From contig NC_057719.1 of assembly GCF_004010195.1 (NCBI RefSeq), positions 89,798,959-89,841,740 on the forward strand: 42,782 bases of DNA. The letters run 5' to 3'. A program made the position numbers and the translations under genes. The notes below the pieces were generated by a model. The model had not been told where the DNA came from. It saw only the letters and a program-made list of their open reading frames with translations, and searched no databases. Of the stretch, positions 22,831 to 34,158 are shown one piece after another. This DNA comes from Chiloscyllium plagiosum (Eukaryota). The stretch's first letter is position 1; every line of letters begins with the position of its first letter.

Positions 22831-23078
22831 CTAATTATCTGACAGTTTCTGTGGCTTTCCAACTCCTTTACGTCTTGACAAAAGATGCTCAGGACTGTAA
22901 TCTGCACGATGGCCATGAGCCAATTTCTCAATGATAACAAAGTGCTCCACCCTGTGATGTGACTTATACTGGAAATGAAATGTTGGAAAATCACAAGTGT
23001 GTTTGCTGAAAATTACTAAAATTTGTGCTGTGAAATTCTGGATGGTTCTAATAACTGCATTTTCTATTGATCCCACAG

Positions 23079-23171
23079 AGAGTTTTGGACAATGAGGAAA
23101 ACATAGAAGATTTAGAAGAAGACGACTTGGAAGATGATATTCCAAAAAGGAAAAATAAACCCAGAGGACGG
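23079..23171 (+). CDS. DPF3: DPF3 coding exon 5 (acidic tract plus basic NLS-like region)
   Basis: tcccacag|AGA acceptor, CGG|gtaggc donor, 93 nt phase 0/0: RVLDNEENIEDLEEDDLEDDIPKRKNKPRGR. Confidence 0.93.
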
Positions 23172-23259
23172 GTAGGCACAGTTCCAAAGAGATAAATTAA
23201 TAGAAGTAGACTTCAGTTTTTCAATTCATTAAAATAAGTATTTCTATATTTTTTAAAAT

Positions 23260-25555
23260 GAGAAGAACCGTGGATGCTGTCAGTCAGAAACAAGAACAGA
23301 AATTGCTGGAAAAGCTCAGCAGGTCAGGCAGCATCTGTAGAGACAAATCAGAGGAGTAGTGCCAGAAGATTGGACGAAAGCAAAAGTTGTCCCCTTGCTC
23401 AAGAAGGGGAGTAGGGACAATCCTGATTAATTATAGACCAGTGAGCCTTCCTTCGGTTGTGGGTTGTCGGAGACATTTGCCAATAAGTTAGATCACAAAG
23501 CACAGTTCGAAGTGAAATTGACATGCTGTTACAAAACTGACCATCTGTACAGGTAGATCAGGATTTCTCTTCCCAGAGCTGAGGATGAAGCCAGTTTTTA
23601 TAATGCTGTACAATAAGGCTAATTAGAAATGGGGAAAATACAATATATCTGGAAATTGAGTAATCTAATTACAAGGATGCTCATTGGAAAGCAGTTATCA
23701 GATGAATGTCCTGTTCCTTCACACAATGCAACATCCTGGCAGTATTGATAGTTCCATTCCTCTTTACATATGGATGTTAATATCTCCTCTGAAGTGGTGA
23801 GGTGCTTCCATTGTCTTGTCCTGGGAGCAATGCTCTTGCTGGTGCCTCTCTGTCTGGCCTGCTCTTTGTGTGGCTTTGGTATTGCTGGGTTGTGAAACTG
23901 CCCTCTGGGCTTTGGGATATCTGTGGTGCTCTGTAATTGTTAGTGAGCTTGAAGTGTATTCCTTTGTCTGTGTGTGATGTCTGGTTTGGCTTGTCAGCCT
24001 GCTTGGGCATTCTGGGTGTTTTTTGGTACCGTTGACCAATTTTGCTTTTGTGGGCCTATCGTGGGTTGGCAGGGTGGCAGATCTTTTCCCACATAGATAA
24101 AGTGTTGGAAAAGGTTATGAGAGAGGGGATTTATAATCATCTAGAAAGGAATGAGTTGCTTAGGGATAGTCAGCACAGTTTTGTGAAGGTTGATCATGCC
24201 TCACAAACTTTATTGGTTTCTTTTGAGAAGGTGACTAAACAGATGGATCACGGTAAAGTGGTTGATGTGATGTATTTGATAAAATTCCCCATGGTAGACT
24301 ATTGCAGAAAGTACAGAGACATGGGATGGAGGGTAATTTAGCAGTTTAGATCAAACATTTTCTAGCTGAAAGAAGATTGTTGATGGGAAATGTTCATCCT
24401 GGAGTTCAGTTACTAGTGGTGTACTGCAACGATCTGTTTTGGGGTACTGCTGTTTGTCATTTTTATAACTGACCTTGATGAGAGCGTAGAAGGATGGGTT
24501 AGTAAATTTGTGGATGACACTAAGGTCGGTAGAGTTGTGGACAATATCGAAGGATGTTGCAGGTTACAAAGGAGCATAGATAAGCTGTAGAGCTGGGCTG
24601 AGTGGTGGGAAATGGAGTTTAATGTGGAAAAGAGTGAGATGATTCACTTTGAAAGGAGTGACAGGAATAAAGAGTACTGGGCTAACGGTAAGATTCTTGG
24701 TAGTATGGATGAGCAGAGAGAATCTTGGTGTCTGTGTACATCCCTAAAAGTTGCCATCCAGGTTGAATGGGTTGTTAAGAAGGCATACAGTGTGTTAGCT
24801 TTTTATTGGTAGAGGAATTGGGTTTCTGAGCCATGAGGTCATGCCTGGTGTGGCTACATTTGGAGTATTGCATACAGTTCTGGTTACCACATTCTAGGAA
24901 GGATCTGGGAGCATTGGAAAGGATTCAGAGGAGTTTTACCGGGATGTTGCCTGATATGGAGGGAAGGTCTTATGAGAAAAAACTGAGGGACTTGAGGTTG
25001 TTTTTATTAGACAGAAGAAGGTTGAGAGGTGACTTAATTGAGGCATACAAGATGATCAGAGGGTTAGATAGGGTAGACAGTGAGAGTCTTTTTTTCATCA
25101 TGGTGATGGATAGCACGAGGGGACATAGCTTCAAATTGAGGGGTGAATACAAGATGATCAGAGGGTTAGATAGGGTAGACAGTGAGAGCCTTTTTCATCA
25201 GATGGTGATGGATAGCACGAGGGGACATAGCTTCAAATTGAGGGGTGATAGATATAGGACAGATGTCAGCCTGCCTGCAACAGTAGTGGACTCGCCAACT
25301 GTAAAGGCATTTAAATGGTCATTGGATAAACATAATGGAATAGTGTGGGTTGGATGGGCTTCAGATTGGTTTCACAGGTCAGCACTACATCAAGGACTAA
25401 AGGGCTTGTACTCCGCTGAACTGTTCTGTTCTGTTGACATTTCCAGTCGAGTGAACCTTCCTTAGAACTTGACCCAAGAAGGTAACTCTGATTTCTCTCC
25501 ACTAATGCTGCCAGACCTTTTGAGCTTTTACAGTAATTTATGTTTTAATTTCTGT
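23260..25555. mobile_element. Older palindromic Penelope-terminus element split by the CR1 insertion (arms ~23260-23351 and ~25433-25555)
   Basis: Left cagaaattgctggaaaagctcagcaggtcaggcagcatctgtagagacaaatcagag is the reverse complement of right ctctgatttctctccactaatgctgccagaccttttgagcttttacagtaattt (diverged). Confidence 0.7.
23352..25432 (+). mobile_element. CR1 LINE 3' half with ~610-bp foreign insert and 102-bp tandem duplication
   Basis: NYRPVSL, KFVDDTK, HLEYCIQFW, TRGHSFKL; 3' tail ctgttctgttctgtt; units 25045-25146 and 25147-25248 duplicated. Confidence 0.88.
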
Positions 25556-25721
25556 ATTTTTAAATTACTTTCCTGCATTTTAATCACTGGCTAACTCTCC
25601 AAAAATTTTGAAAGAAGTTAATGTATTATTTCTTACATTTTGTTGAAAATACCTGCTCAGTTTGCCTTAAATGTCAAAATCTTGTCATATTTTTTGCAGT
25701 AAATTACTGTGATCATTTAGG

Positions 25722-26004
25722 TTTAGATTAGATTACTTACAGTGTGGAAACAGGCCCTTCGGCCCAACAAGTCTGCACCGACCCACCAAAGCGCAACCCA
25801 CCCAGGCCCATTCCCCTACCTTTACCCCTTCACCTAACACTACGGGCAATTTAGCATGGCCAATTCGCCTAACCTGCACATTTTTGGATTGAGAGAGGAA
25901 ACCCACCCAGACATGGGGAGAATGTGCAAACTTTACACAGTCAGTCGCCTGAGATGGGAACCCGGGTCTCTGGCGCTGTGAGGCAGCAGTGCTAACCACT
26001 GTGC
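25722..26004 (-). mobile_element. HE1-type tRNA-derived V-SINE
   Basis: - strand GCACAGTGGTTAGCACTGCTGCCTCACAGCGCCAGAGACCCGGGTTC head, central V domain, CR1-derived tail GGGCCGAAGGGCCTGTTTCCACACTGTAAG and TAATC repeats. Confidence 0.92.
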
Positions 26005-26194
26005 TGGTTGTCCAATTGTCTAAGCTATGTGTACCCCTGGGGCTTTACACACCATTTTAACTGCATGATCTTAAAAAGATTGTCTCTTTCGTTCTTCTCT
26101 TGTTTTTCGATTAGGAGGAAGTGCCGTTAAATTTTTCAAATTGAAAGAGACCAACAAAGCTGAACACAGGATTCACATTGCTATGACAAGTGAT

Positions 26195-26300
26195 GAAAAT
26201 GCTGGAAATAGTCACTATGTCAGGCACCTGATGAAAGGTTATCTAGCTGAAATGCTGTCAGATGCTGACAGACCCACTGATTATTTGCAGCATTTTCTGT
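26195..26300 (+). mobile_element. Highly decayed Penelope-terminus palindrome
   Basis: gaaaatgctggaaata ... tatttgcagcattttc inverted ends with residual CTGATGAAAGGT..CTGAAATG core at 26228-26254. Confidence 0.5.
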
Positions 26301-26919
26301 TTATGATGCAGAACTGACATTTAACCTTCACGTGAAAATACTTTTCTTTATATAAAAAAAAGTAGTAGATGCTGGCCAAAATTCCCACATTCGCTGTTTT
26401 GCTGTTAGTTCTACCACTTGCTGATGCTAAACTGCTATATTGGGCTATATGTCCAACTGCTATATGTCCAACCTGTAACTGAGTTTGGTTTCCTAATTTT
26501 TGTAATAAATATATCTTGAAAGTAACTCGCAGTTACTCTACTTTCTCTGTATTGGTAATTTACAGCATGTTGGTACCTGAACATTTAAAGGAAACCTCAA
26601 ATTTGAGCTACTAAGTTTGTTTGTCTATAGTACTCATCATCCATCTTAAATTGTTCTCATTACTATCTCCAGCACTGACTGACCCCTATCTACTGTGATT
26701 CAACTGCACTGCTCAAAATCCTTTGAGGAAATAATCATGAACTTGCAAAAACCTATAAATTCACAAATGCACACACTTCCCAATACGGGCAGAAATATAT
26801 ACCCTTGTAATCCTGCTAGTGCTTTGGCTGTGTTGGTTAAGTTGATGAATAGTATGTTTAATGTAAGATTATTTAGATACACCATTTCCTAACTTTACGT
26901 TCTTTTTTTGAATATTCAG

Positions 26920-26995
26920 ACACGTGGTGTTGGTGGCAGAAAAAGAACTGATTCCACTGCCCAGGAAGACCATGATAAACCATATGTGTGTGACA
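26920..26995 (+). CDS. DPF3: DPF3 coding exon 6 (start of C2H2 zinc finger)
   Basis: aatattcag|ACA acceptor, GACA|gtaagt donor, 76 nt: TRGVGGRKRTDSTAQEDHDKPYVCD. Confidence 0.93.
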
Positions 26996-27169
26996 GTAAG
27001 TAATGCCCCCAAAACAGTGATTACAGAATTGCCTCTTGCTCCTCCCTTTGGACACCCCCTGCTCTTGCATGTGTTAAAAGCGTCTCACCTCCTTTCTGGT
27101 CTGCTACCTTTATATCTGTCTTCTGTGAAATTCACTCCTTTTTCTCTTGTTTCTTCTTCTCTGTTTCAG

Positions 27170-27211
27170 ATAGTTACAAACAAAAGCATAACTCAAAAAC
27201 ATCTGACAAAG
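27170..27211 (+). CDS. DPF3: DPF3 42-nt symmetric cassette exon inserted within the C2H2 finger
   Basis: Long CU-rich tract ending ctgtttcag|, donor AAAG|gtactt, phase 1/1; inclusion gives CD-NSYKQKHNSKTSDKV-CGKRY, resembling the 14-aa alternative insert (NSFKQKHTSKAPQRV) of the DPF2 long isoform. Confidence 0.85.
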
Positions 27212-27443
27212 GTACTTTCAGTCTATGAGTAACTGTGCATAGACTGCAGCTGGAGTGATTTACTTCTTGCCTGCTTTTAAGTTCCCTCGTGTATTTTTAT
27301 TTTCTACTCATAATACAATGTTACTTCACTCTACTAAAGTGAATAGTTTTTTTAAGAAAAGGCATTGATTAGAATATGTACCTGATAAGGTTGATTGTAA
27401 ATGATTTAACATGCTACTACTTTATCTTCCTCTTTGTCTCTAG

Positions 27444-27581
27444 TCTGCGGCAAGCGATACAAGAATCGTCCTGGTCTTAGTTATCATTATGCTCATACCC
27501 ATTTAGCTGATGAGGAAGGAGATGATGACCGAGATTCGGAGCCTCATTCGCCACCAGTCCTGAGAAGTGAATGTCACAAAC
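27444..27581 (+). CDS. DPF3: DPF3 coding exon (rest of C2H2 zinc finger and acidic linker)
   Basis: tgtctctag|TC acceptor, AAAC|gtaaga donor, 138 nt: [45 protein letters not shown]. Confidence 0.95.
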
Positions 27582-30500
27582 GTAAGATATGCCCAGTTCC
27601 TGTATTGTGCTACTGAGACAGAGTCCCACTGTAGTCGAACAAACCAAGTGATCCTGAGGGAGAGTATCTCTGCTCACCATTTTAAGAGTGATGAATACAC
27701 TTGTGTAGATTGACTGTGACAAACAGATGAGAAGATTTTTTTTTTTAAGAAATTCTCATAAAATAATCAGTCATCTTCTATTCATTCATTCACATATTAA
27801 TTGAAGATATGTGTATTCTTATCACTAAAGGAACAAGCCACTTTATGTAAGTGAAGGTAGATTTATACTGAATCGAGTGGAATATTGAAATGGGGTGCAT
27901 CTTGTATCCTTAATGTTTTTGGATTAATTTTACTGTTTATATTACTAATATATTTATTTAAAACTAAACTTAATTTTTTGGCTTACTTTAATTTCAATTG
28001 AAAAATATATAAAATAAACAGCAGAAGAAAATCTTATTACCTTAAGTTATTAAATATACACTTTCTGGGTTTGATGTAGGGCCATTTTAGAACTAGAATT
28101 AATTGCATAGGAAAGCTGAAGAGAAATCTTCCCTGCCCTGACCACAAGTCATTAAATAAAATCTGACTGAAAGATATAGGGTGTGACAGTTCTGCAGTGA
28201 CAGCAGGAATTGAGCCAAGGAGCATTAAGGAGAAATGTTTAGGTAAGGGAGAGTCTGAGGAATTGTCTTGGGATTAGCAGACAGCTGAATATTGATCAGT
28301 TTTTGCTCAAGCAAGCAAGGTCACAGACTAAATACTTCACTGGTGAGGAGAAGGCAGGCAGGGGTTAGGAGTGATGATTGTCCTGATTAGCCCGTTGCTA
28401 TAGAAACCATGCAGTCCTGAATGTGGTGATGTACAGCAGCAGCTAGAAATAATTTATTTTGCTCAGATCTGTCCTTTAGGAGAAACCTTGTTTTGATTAC
28501 ATCCTGTCTGTCAGACATTGGCATCATCTTCTCCGCAATGATCCAGCAAGTGAAAGTAGTTGCAGCTTACAGACAGCAGATTAAACAGTGTGAACTTTAT
28601 TTAATGAGCTGAGAATTTTATGTTTCATCTGTTTCCCTATATGCCATTTGAGGTTGGTATTTTTATACTTGCTAGCAGGAGCAAACCTGTGCAAGGAATA
28701 AGTTATCTGGGTTTGAAATCCAGGGGTGTTCCACATGATGGATGTAGGCTTTGATTTACCCAAAAGAAAAAATTGAATTCTTACTGAGAGTAAGCATTTT
28801 TGTTTTCACAGGTCAATACAGCTCAACATTTTACACTAGACTTAGATCCACACAAGTACATGTGCTGAACAAAATTTGCACATTACAGCTCATCAGTCAA
28901 GAATTGCTAGCACTTTTCTGATTCTCTTTTGTAATTTCTCTATTACACTGTCATGAGTAGTGATTATGTTAATAATTATTTTTTGTCATTTTACTGTTCT
29001 TACTTACCTGTTCCCCCACTCCCACTCCTTTTTTTTTAACTTGATTCTAAGTCATATTTTTTCTTTACGTGCTTCACATTCTCTCCATCCCAAATTCTTG
29101 TCATCAAATCCTTGCATCTTTCCTTTTGTCTCCAGTAAATCATCTGTGTCCATATTAAGTGTAAAGGATGTTTGTAGTTGCATTTTTTTCTGCTCTGTAC
29201 TTTGCATTGGTAAAGATGCAAAATAGTTACGTATGTATTTGTTTGCAGTCAGTCAGGATTTTATGACAGTGGCAAAGGGGTTACTTCTAGAGGACTATAA
29301 GTTCGCAGGTGACAGGGATTTTCCTTGCAGAGGATGATTTTATTTATGGTTTCAAGGTCATGAAAGATCTGAAAAGAGTAAAGGAGAAACTATTCTCGAT
29401 TGTAAAATAATCAAGAATGAAAGCATGCAGATATAAAGTGATTCACAAAAGAAGCAAATGTGATGTATGAGAAAAGCCCTTTTTTAAAGCAAGTGGTTAG
29501 GTTATGGAAAGCACTGTGTACAAGTGTGGTTGAAGCAAGAGGGTTGTCATAGTGTGCAGCAGCAATGATATCAAGTAGGAAAGCAACCAATTAGATGGAT
29601 GCATTAAGATGCCTCAAAACCAGAAAATTAAAGCACTTCAAATGCTTCAATTTTAATTCCAATTTTCAGGTGCTAAAATGAAATATGATAAAATTGACAC
29701 GAACATCAGAAACTTTTAAAATGAATTATTTTTGAAAATAAGATACTTTTTTATCATTCTGGAGAAATTCGATCTTTCACAAATATAAACTTAATTTCTC
29801 AAAAATCGTTTTCATTTTTCATTTAGATCCATTAGCTGTTGCATTGTTTCAACACCATAAGCACCACCCATTTTTAAGACTAGTGAGAATGTTTTCTTGT
29901 TATTATGAAGTTAAGCACCATTAAAAGTCTATTTACAGTACTTTATTCTGTAGCTTTTTAAAAGATTTTTACAGGTAGTCTTGACATCATTAATGTAGAT
30001 TTTGTAACCAGTAATAATAGAAATTGAGAATGTAGTCTGAGAACCTGGCAGTTTCTTCTGGATTTCGAGATTATTCCATACATGTCCCAAGTCCAAATTC
30101 CTAAAGTTGCTGTCGGTTTCAGAGGACTAAAAACAGCAAGATTAGCCATTTCGTTGCAATTTTAGTGGAAAATCCAGGGTGTTGTTTTTGATGCAGATCA
30201 GACAAAAAATGCTTCGGTATCGGTTAATGGCTCCAATCACATTCACTTAACTATGCAGCTATGTTCCACATCAGGACATAACCACTGAGCCAGAAGGATA
30301 ACAGTATCATTGCTGAAACCAATATTTAAGTGGGACAAAACTATGTTGACTGTTGGGATATCTACAGTTTTGAATACTGGAGGACCCTTAATTCTGGCCT
30401 CATTCTGTACTTGGTGGCAGAGTCCTTGAATTCCTGTTTGATGTTTGGAGAATGCAGTCCTCTCCAAGATTCACTTTGCTAATAATTTGAAATTCCTTCT

Positions 30501-33500
30501 ATTTTAATAGCTTGTTCTATAGTTTGATTGGGATTTGTTGTCTGCTAATTGGTCTTGTGTAGCATTTACCTACACAGTTACTCATTTAAAATTGACAGCT
30601 GTTAAACATAATACTGAAAGTTTGTAGCACTTTGCTAAAACAAGTTGATGCTATTGTAATTGAAGATTGAAGGTCCATATATGCTCATTGTGTGTTTAAT
30701 AGCCTACTTTAATGCAGTTTACAAATGTACACAGTGATAACTGACACATCCTTTGAAAAGGACAGAGACCAATATAGCCATTGAACTGGTAACCACTAAC
30801 CTTCTCTGGTTACATGACTGGCAGTCTTTTCTCAGTAGTATGTTGGCTGTGTGATTGTTTTGCAGTTCAGGTTGGAGATCTAGAATGCTGGAAAGACCCC
30901 ACCTTTCTTGGTTTATGTCACAGGGTGGCACAATAATTACGGTGCAAAAAGAAATAGTTTAATCCATCATGTTGCACCTTCTTTTTTCTAGTCCACTTCT
31001 TTGCCAATCTCCTGCCATTTTTCTATATCGCTGCACACCATTACTATCCGAAACGTCATCCACTGTCTTCTTGAATGCCTCCATTGAACCCATCCACACC
31101 GCTTTAAGCAATGTATTCCATACTCAACTTTTTCACACAGCGTGCAGTTAATTTTCTCACATAACCCTTGCTTCAGCTGAACATTGCTTTAAATCTACGC
31201 CCTCTTGTTCCTTCCTTTACAAGCAAAAATAGCATTACCCTAGCTACTCTGTCTGGCTCACTCACCATTTTTGAAGACCTGAATCAGATCTCCCCTTACC
31301 TGCCTTCGGTCTGGGGAGAGTAGTCCCAATTTCTTCAATGTATCCTGATAGCTGAGGATGAATTTTTAAGTTCATTTTTGGGATTTGGGCATCGCTGGCT
31401 GGCCAGCATTTATTGCCCATCCCTACCTGCCCTTGAGAAGCTGATGGTGAGCTGCCTTCTTGAACCGCTGCAGTCCACTTGCTATGGACTGACCCACAAA
31501 GCTGCAAGAAAGGGACTTGCATAGGATGCGTGGAATTTGATTTGCCAACAAGAACAAACTTGTCAACTGACTGTCTACCCTCCCTATTGGTATCACCAAT
31601 CACCTCATTACACTATCTACAACTTGCCCAGGATCAATAGGCAATCGTGAATGCCAGTGTTGCAACCCTTGATGCCGTTGAGTCCAAAGGAGGCTTCTAC
31701 TCTACTCTGGATACTCACCAACATCCCAACTCTGGAAAGGAAGGATTGAATTGCATCTCCAACAGATTCTGCTGCTCACCAAATGTGCAAAATGCTAGCT
31801 GGTCATCATAAAGAGTATTCTGACAAAAAGGCATGTTCAAGACTACTTGGAGGCATCCATGATCAAAGCACTGGAACTTGATCGATAATACCCTGTGACC
31901 GAAAGGATATCGTTGCTATCAAAGCAATGGCCAGTGCAACCAACCATCAACTCGTCGGTTTCTCAATTTCCATCAAATGCCACCAGAAGCAGCTGAAGAT
32001 AAGAAACTGTTCAGAAAAAAAAATCAACATTTGAGCAGCTTAAAGAGCTAAGCAGACTAGCAAAGTTTCAATGATATCTTCACCAAAATCCCCAAAGCAT
32101 CCATTTTAATGAAGTGGAGGAAATCTTGAAAGAGCTGAAGACAATCATCATCACAGGCTGTGAAGAATCAATCAAATACAGGACCTGGAAACACGAGAAT
32201 GAGCAATCATCCAAGACCTCAACGAGAAGAGGAAAGCTCTGTGTGCCTGGCAAAACAACATCAGCCAAAAGGATAACGCATCAAACAGCAAAGGGGGAGT
32301 TACAAAGAAGAACAAGGGAAATAAAGAACCAAAGATGGGCTAAGAAAACTAAGGAGCTGCAACTCCTTGCTGACCAGCCTGACACCTAGAGTTACTTTAG
32401 TGAAACTAAGACAATATACAAATCCAACAGTCTTGGCCTCAACCTGATGTGGAGTAAAAACAGAACACTTTAGAGAGGCAGAGAAAACATCAGTCTCCAA
32501 TGGAGAGAACTCTTCAAAGAACTGCTGTGACACAATTGTAGTTGTTTCAGGAAACATCCCATCAAAGATAATCTTTGACTGCTAAATGTGGGAGGAGCTG
32601 AAACAGCCATTAGACACGTGCAAAATGTAAAAGCTGCAGTAGTTGGGATTTAAACTTGAGGAGCAGAGCTTACCTGTCATCTCCATCAACTGTTCCTGAA
32701 AATCTGGGACAAAGAAGAGATTCCCGTCAATCTCAGAGATGCTGCAATTGCCTGTGGACTGTGGAAACTACTGAGGGATCTCCCTACTTTCCACTGCTGG
32801 GAAGATCCTCACCCAAATCCTCCAGTAGGTGCCTTTTCACATTTCTTCAGTGTCCTTTCCAACCAAACCATTGAACTGTGAACATGAAATTCACTGCTCC
32901 AAGAGACTCCAAGAGAATTGCATCAGCCAACGTGGCCTTCATCAATATAACCAAGGGTTTTGACTCGGTCAGTCAGAAAGCACGATGGAAGGCCCTGTCA
33001 AAGGTCAATCATCCAGAGAAATTCAACAACTTCCTCCGTCTCCTCCACGACAAAGATCAGCAATGGTCCCTACTGGCAGTAATGAGAGAATCCTTTTGAG
33101 GTCAAGATAGGGATGTGCCATTGTCACCACCTTTAGCTCTATCTTTATCACCACTATTCCTTATCCTGTAAAGAATTCATTTCCCGGAACTTTGTCCACA
33201 TGATGAACAGACCTTTTCAATCTCAACCTGATGAACTCCAAAAAGAAAACAACACAGGCCTTTCTTGTGGAACTTCAATATGTGGATGGCAATGCTCCCT
33301 TGGAACAGAGACTTTACATTTTCTTTTATAAAAGAAAAAATATATACACTTTATATTTTTGCAGAAATATACTGAAGAATTGATATCTTCAAACTCAAGA
33401 AGACCCAAGTTCTTTATCAATCCAACCCAGGCAAGTTCCAGTCTATCTCTCCACGGAAATCGAAAGAGAAATCATCCCAAATGTGGAGCATTTCCCTAAT

Positions 33501-33576
33501 GTGGGGAACCACCTCTCTTCTCTTCTAAGGTTGACATCAATTTGGAGATCCAACACCAAATCTAATCTACAAGCAA

Positions 33577-33911
33577 GGTGGCACGGTGGCTCAGTGGTTA
33601 GCACTGCTGCCTCACAGCGCCAGGGACCTGGGTTCAATTCCACCCTCTAGTGACTGTATGGATTTTGCATCAATGTGGGTTTCCTCTGGGTGCTCTGGTT
33701 TCCTCCCACAGAGCAAAGATGTGGAAGTTAGATCTGGCATGGCTAATGTTCTGGGATTTGTAAATTAGGTGCCTTAGCCATGGGGAATGCAGAGTTACAG
33801 AGATAGGGTAGGGGTCATCGATCTGGATGGGATGCTCTTCAAAGGATCGATATGGTCTCTTTGGGCTGAATGGCCTGTTTACACACTAGAGATTCTATTC
33901 TATTCTATTCT
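33577..33911 (+). mobile_element. HE1-type V-SINE (older copy)
   Basis: GGTGGCACGGTGGCTCAGTGGTTAGCACTGCTGCCTCACAGCGCCAGGGACCTGGGTTCAATTCC (A/B boxes), tail tggcctgtttacacactagaga(ttcta)n. Confidence 0.9.
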
Positions 33912-33988
33912 CAGCGCCATCTTTGGACGCATAAGATAAAATCTTAAATGATTGTTTCATTCGTGCTGATTCCAAGATCTTTTATGTA

Positions 33989-34158
33989 CAGGTTGTTCTG
34001 CTGTAACACATGTTTCCTTACCACAAATTTGCTGTAACGTGATTGACGACTTGGGGATGCTATTTGTGAAGGGCGAACCTTCAAAACACGTGTTGGCTGT
34101 AAGTGCTGTTTGAAAGTGCTTTTTTTTCTATAATATGGGGTTGCACAAGAACTGACTG
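33989..34158. mobile_element. 170-bp Tigger-like MITE
   Basis: TA|CAG...CTG|TA; imperfect TIRs CAGGTTGTTCTGCTGTAAC / CAGTCAGTTCTTGTGCAAC; removal restores ATG TAT AAG GCA GTC of the RTE. Confidence 0.7.

Noticed and set aside
24833..25465. 210-aa ORF as a functional protein
   Set aside because: CR1 ORF2 C-terminal relic lengthened by a tandem duplication and reading into the 3' UTR.
145..27581. Assignment as DPF1 or DPF2
   Set aside because: Diagnostic residues ([57 protein letters not shown]) match DPF3; a phylogeny would confirm.
33577..33650. tRNA gene
   Set aside because: A/B boxes are the tRNA-derived head of an HE1 SINE, continuing into V domain and LINE tail; same for 25930-26004.
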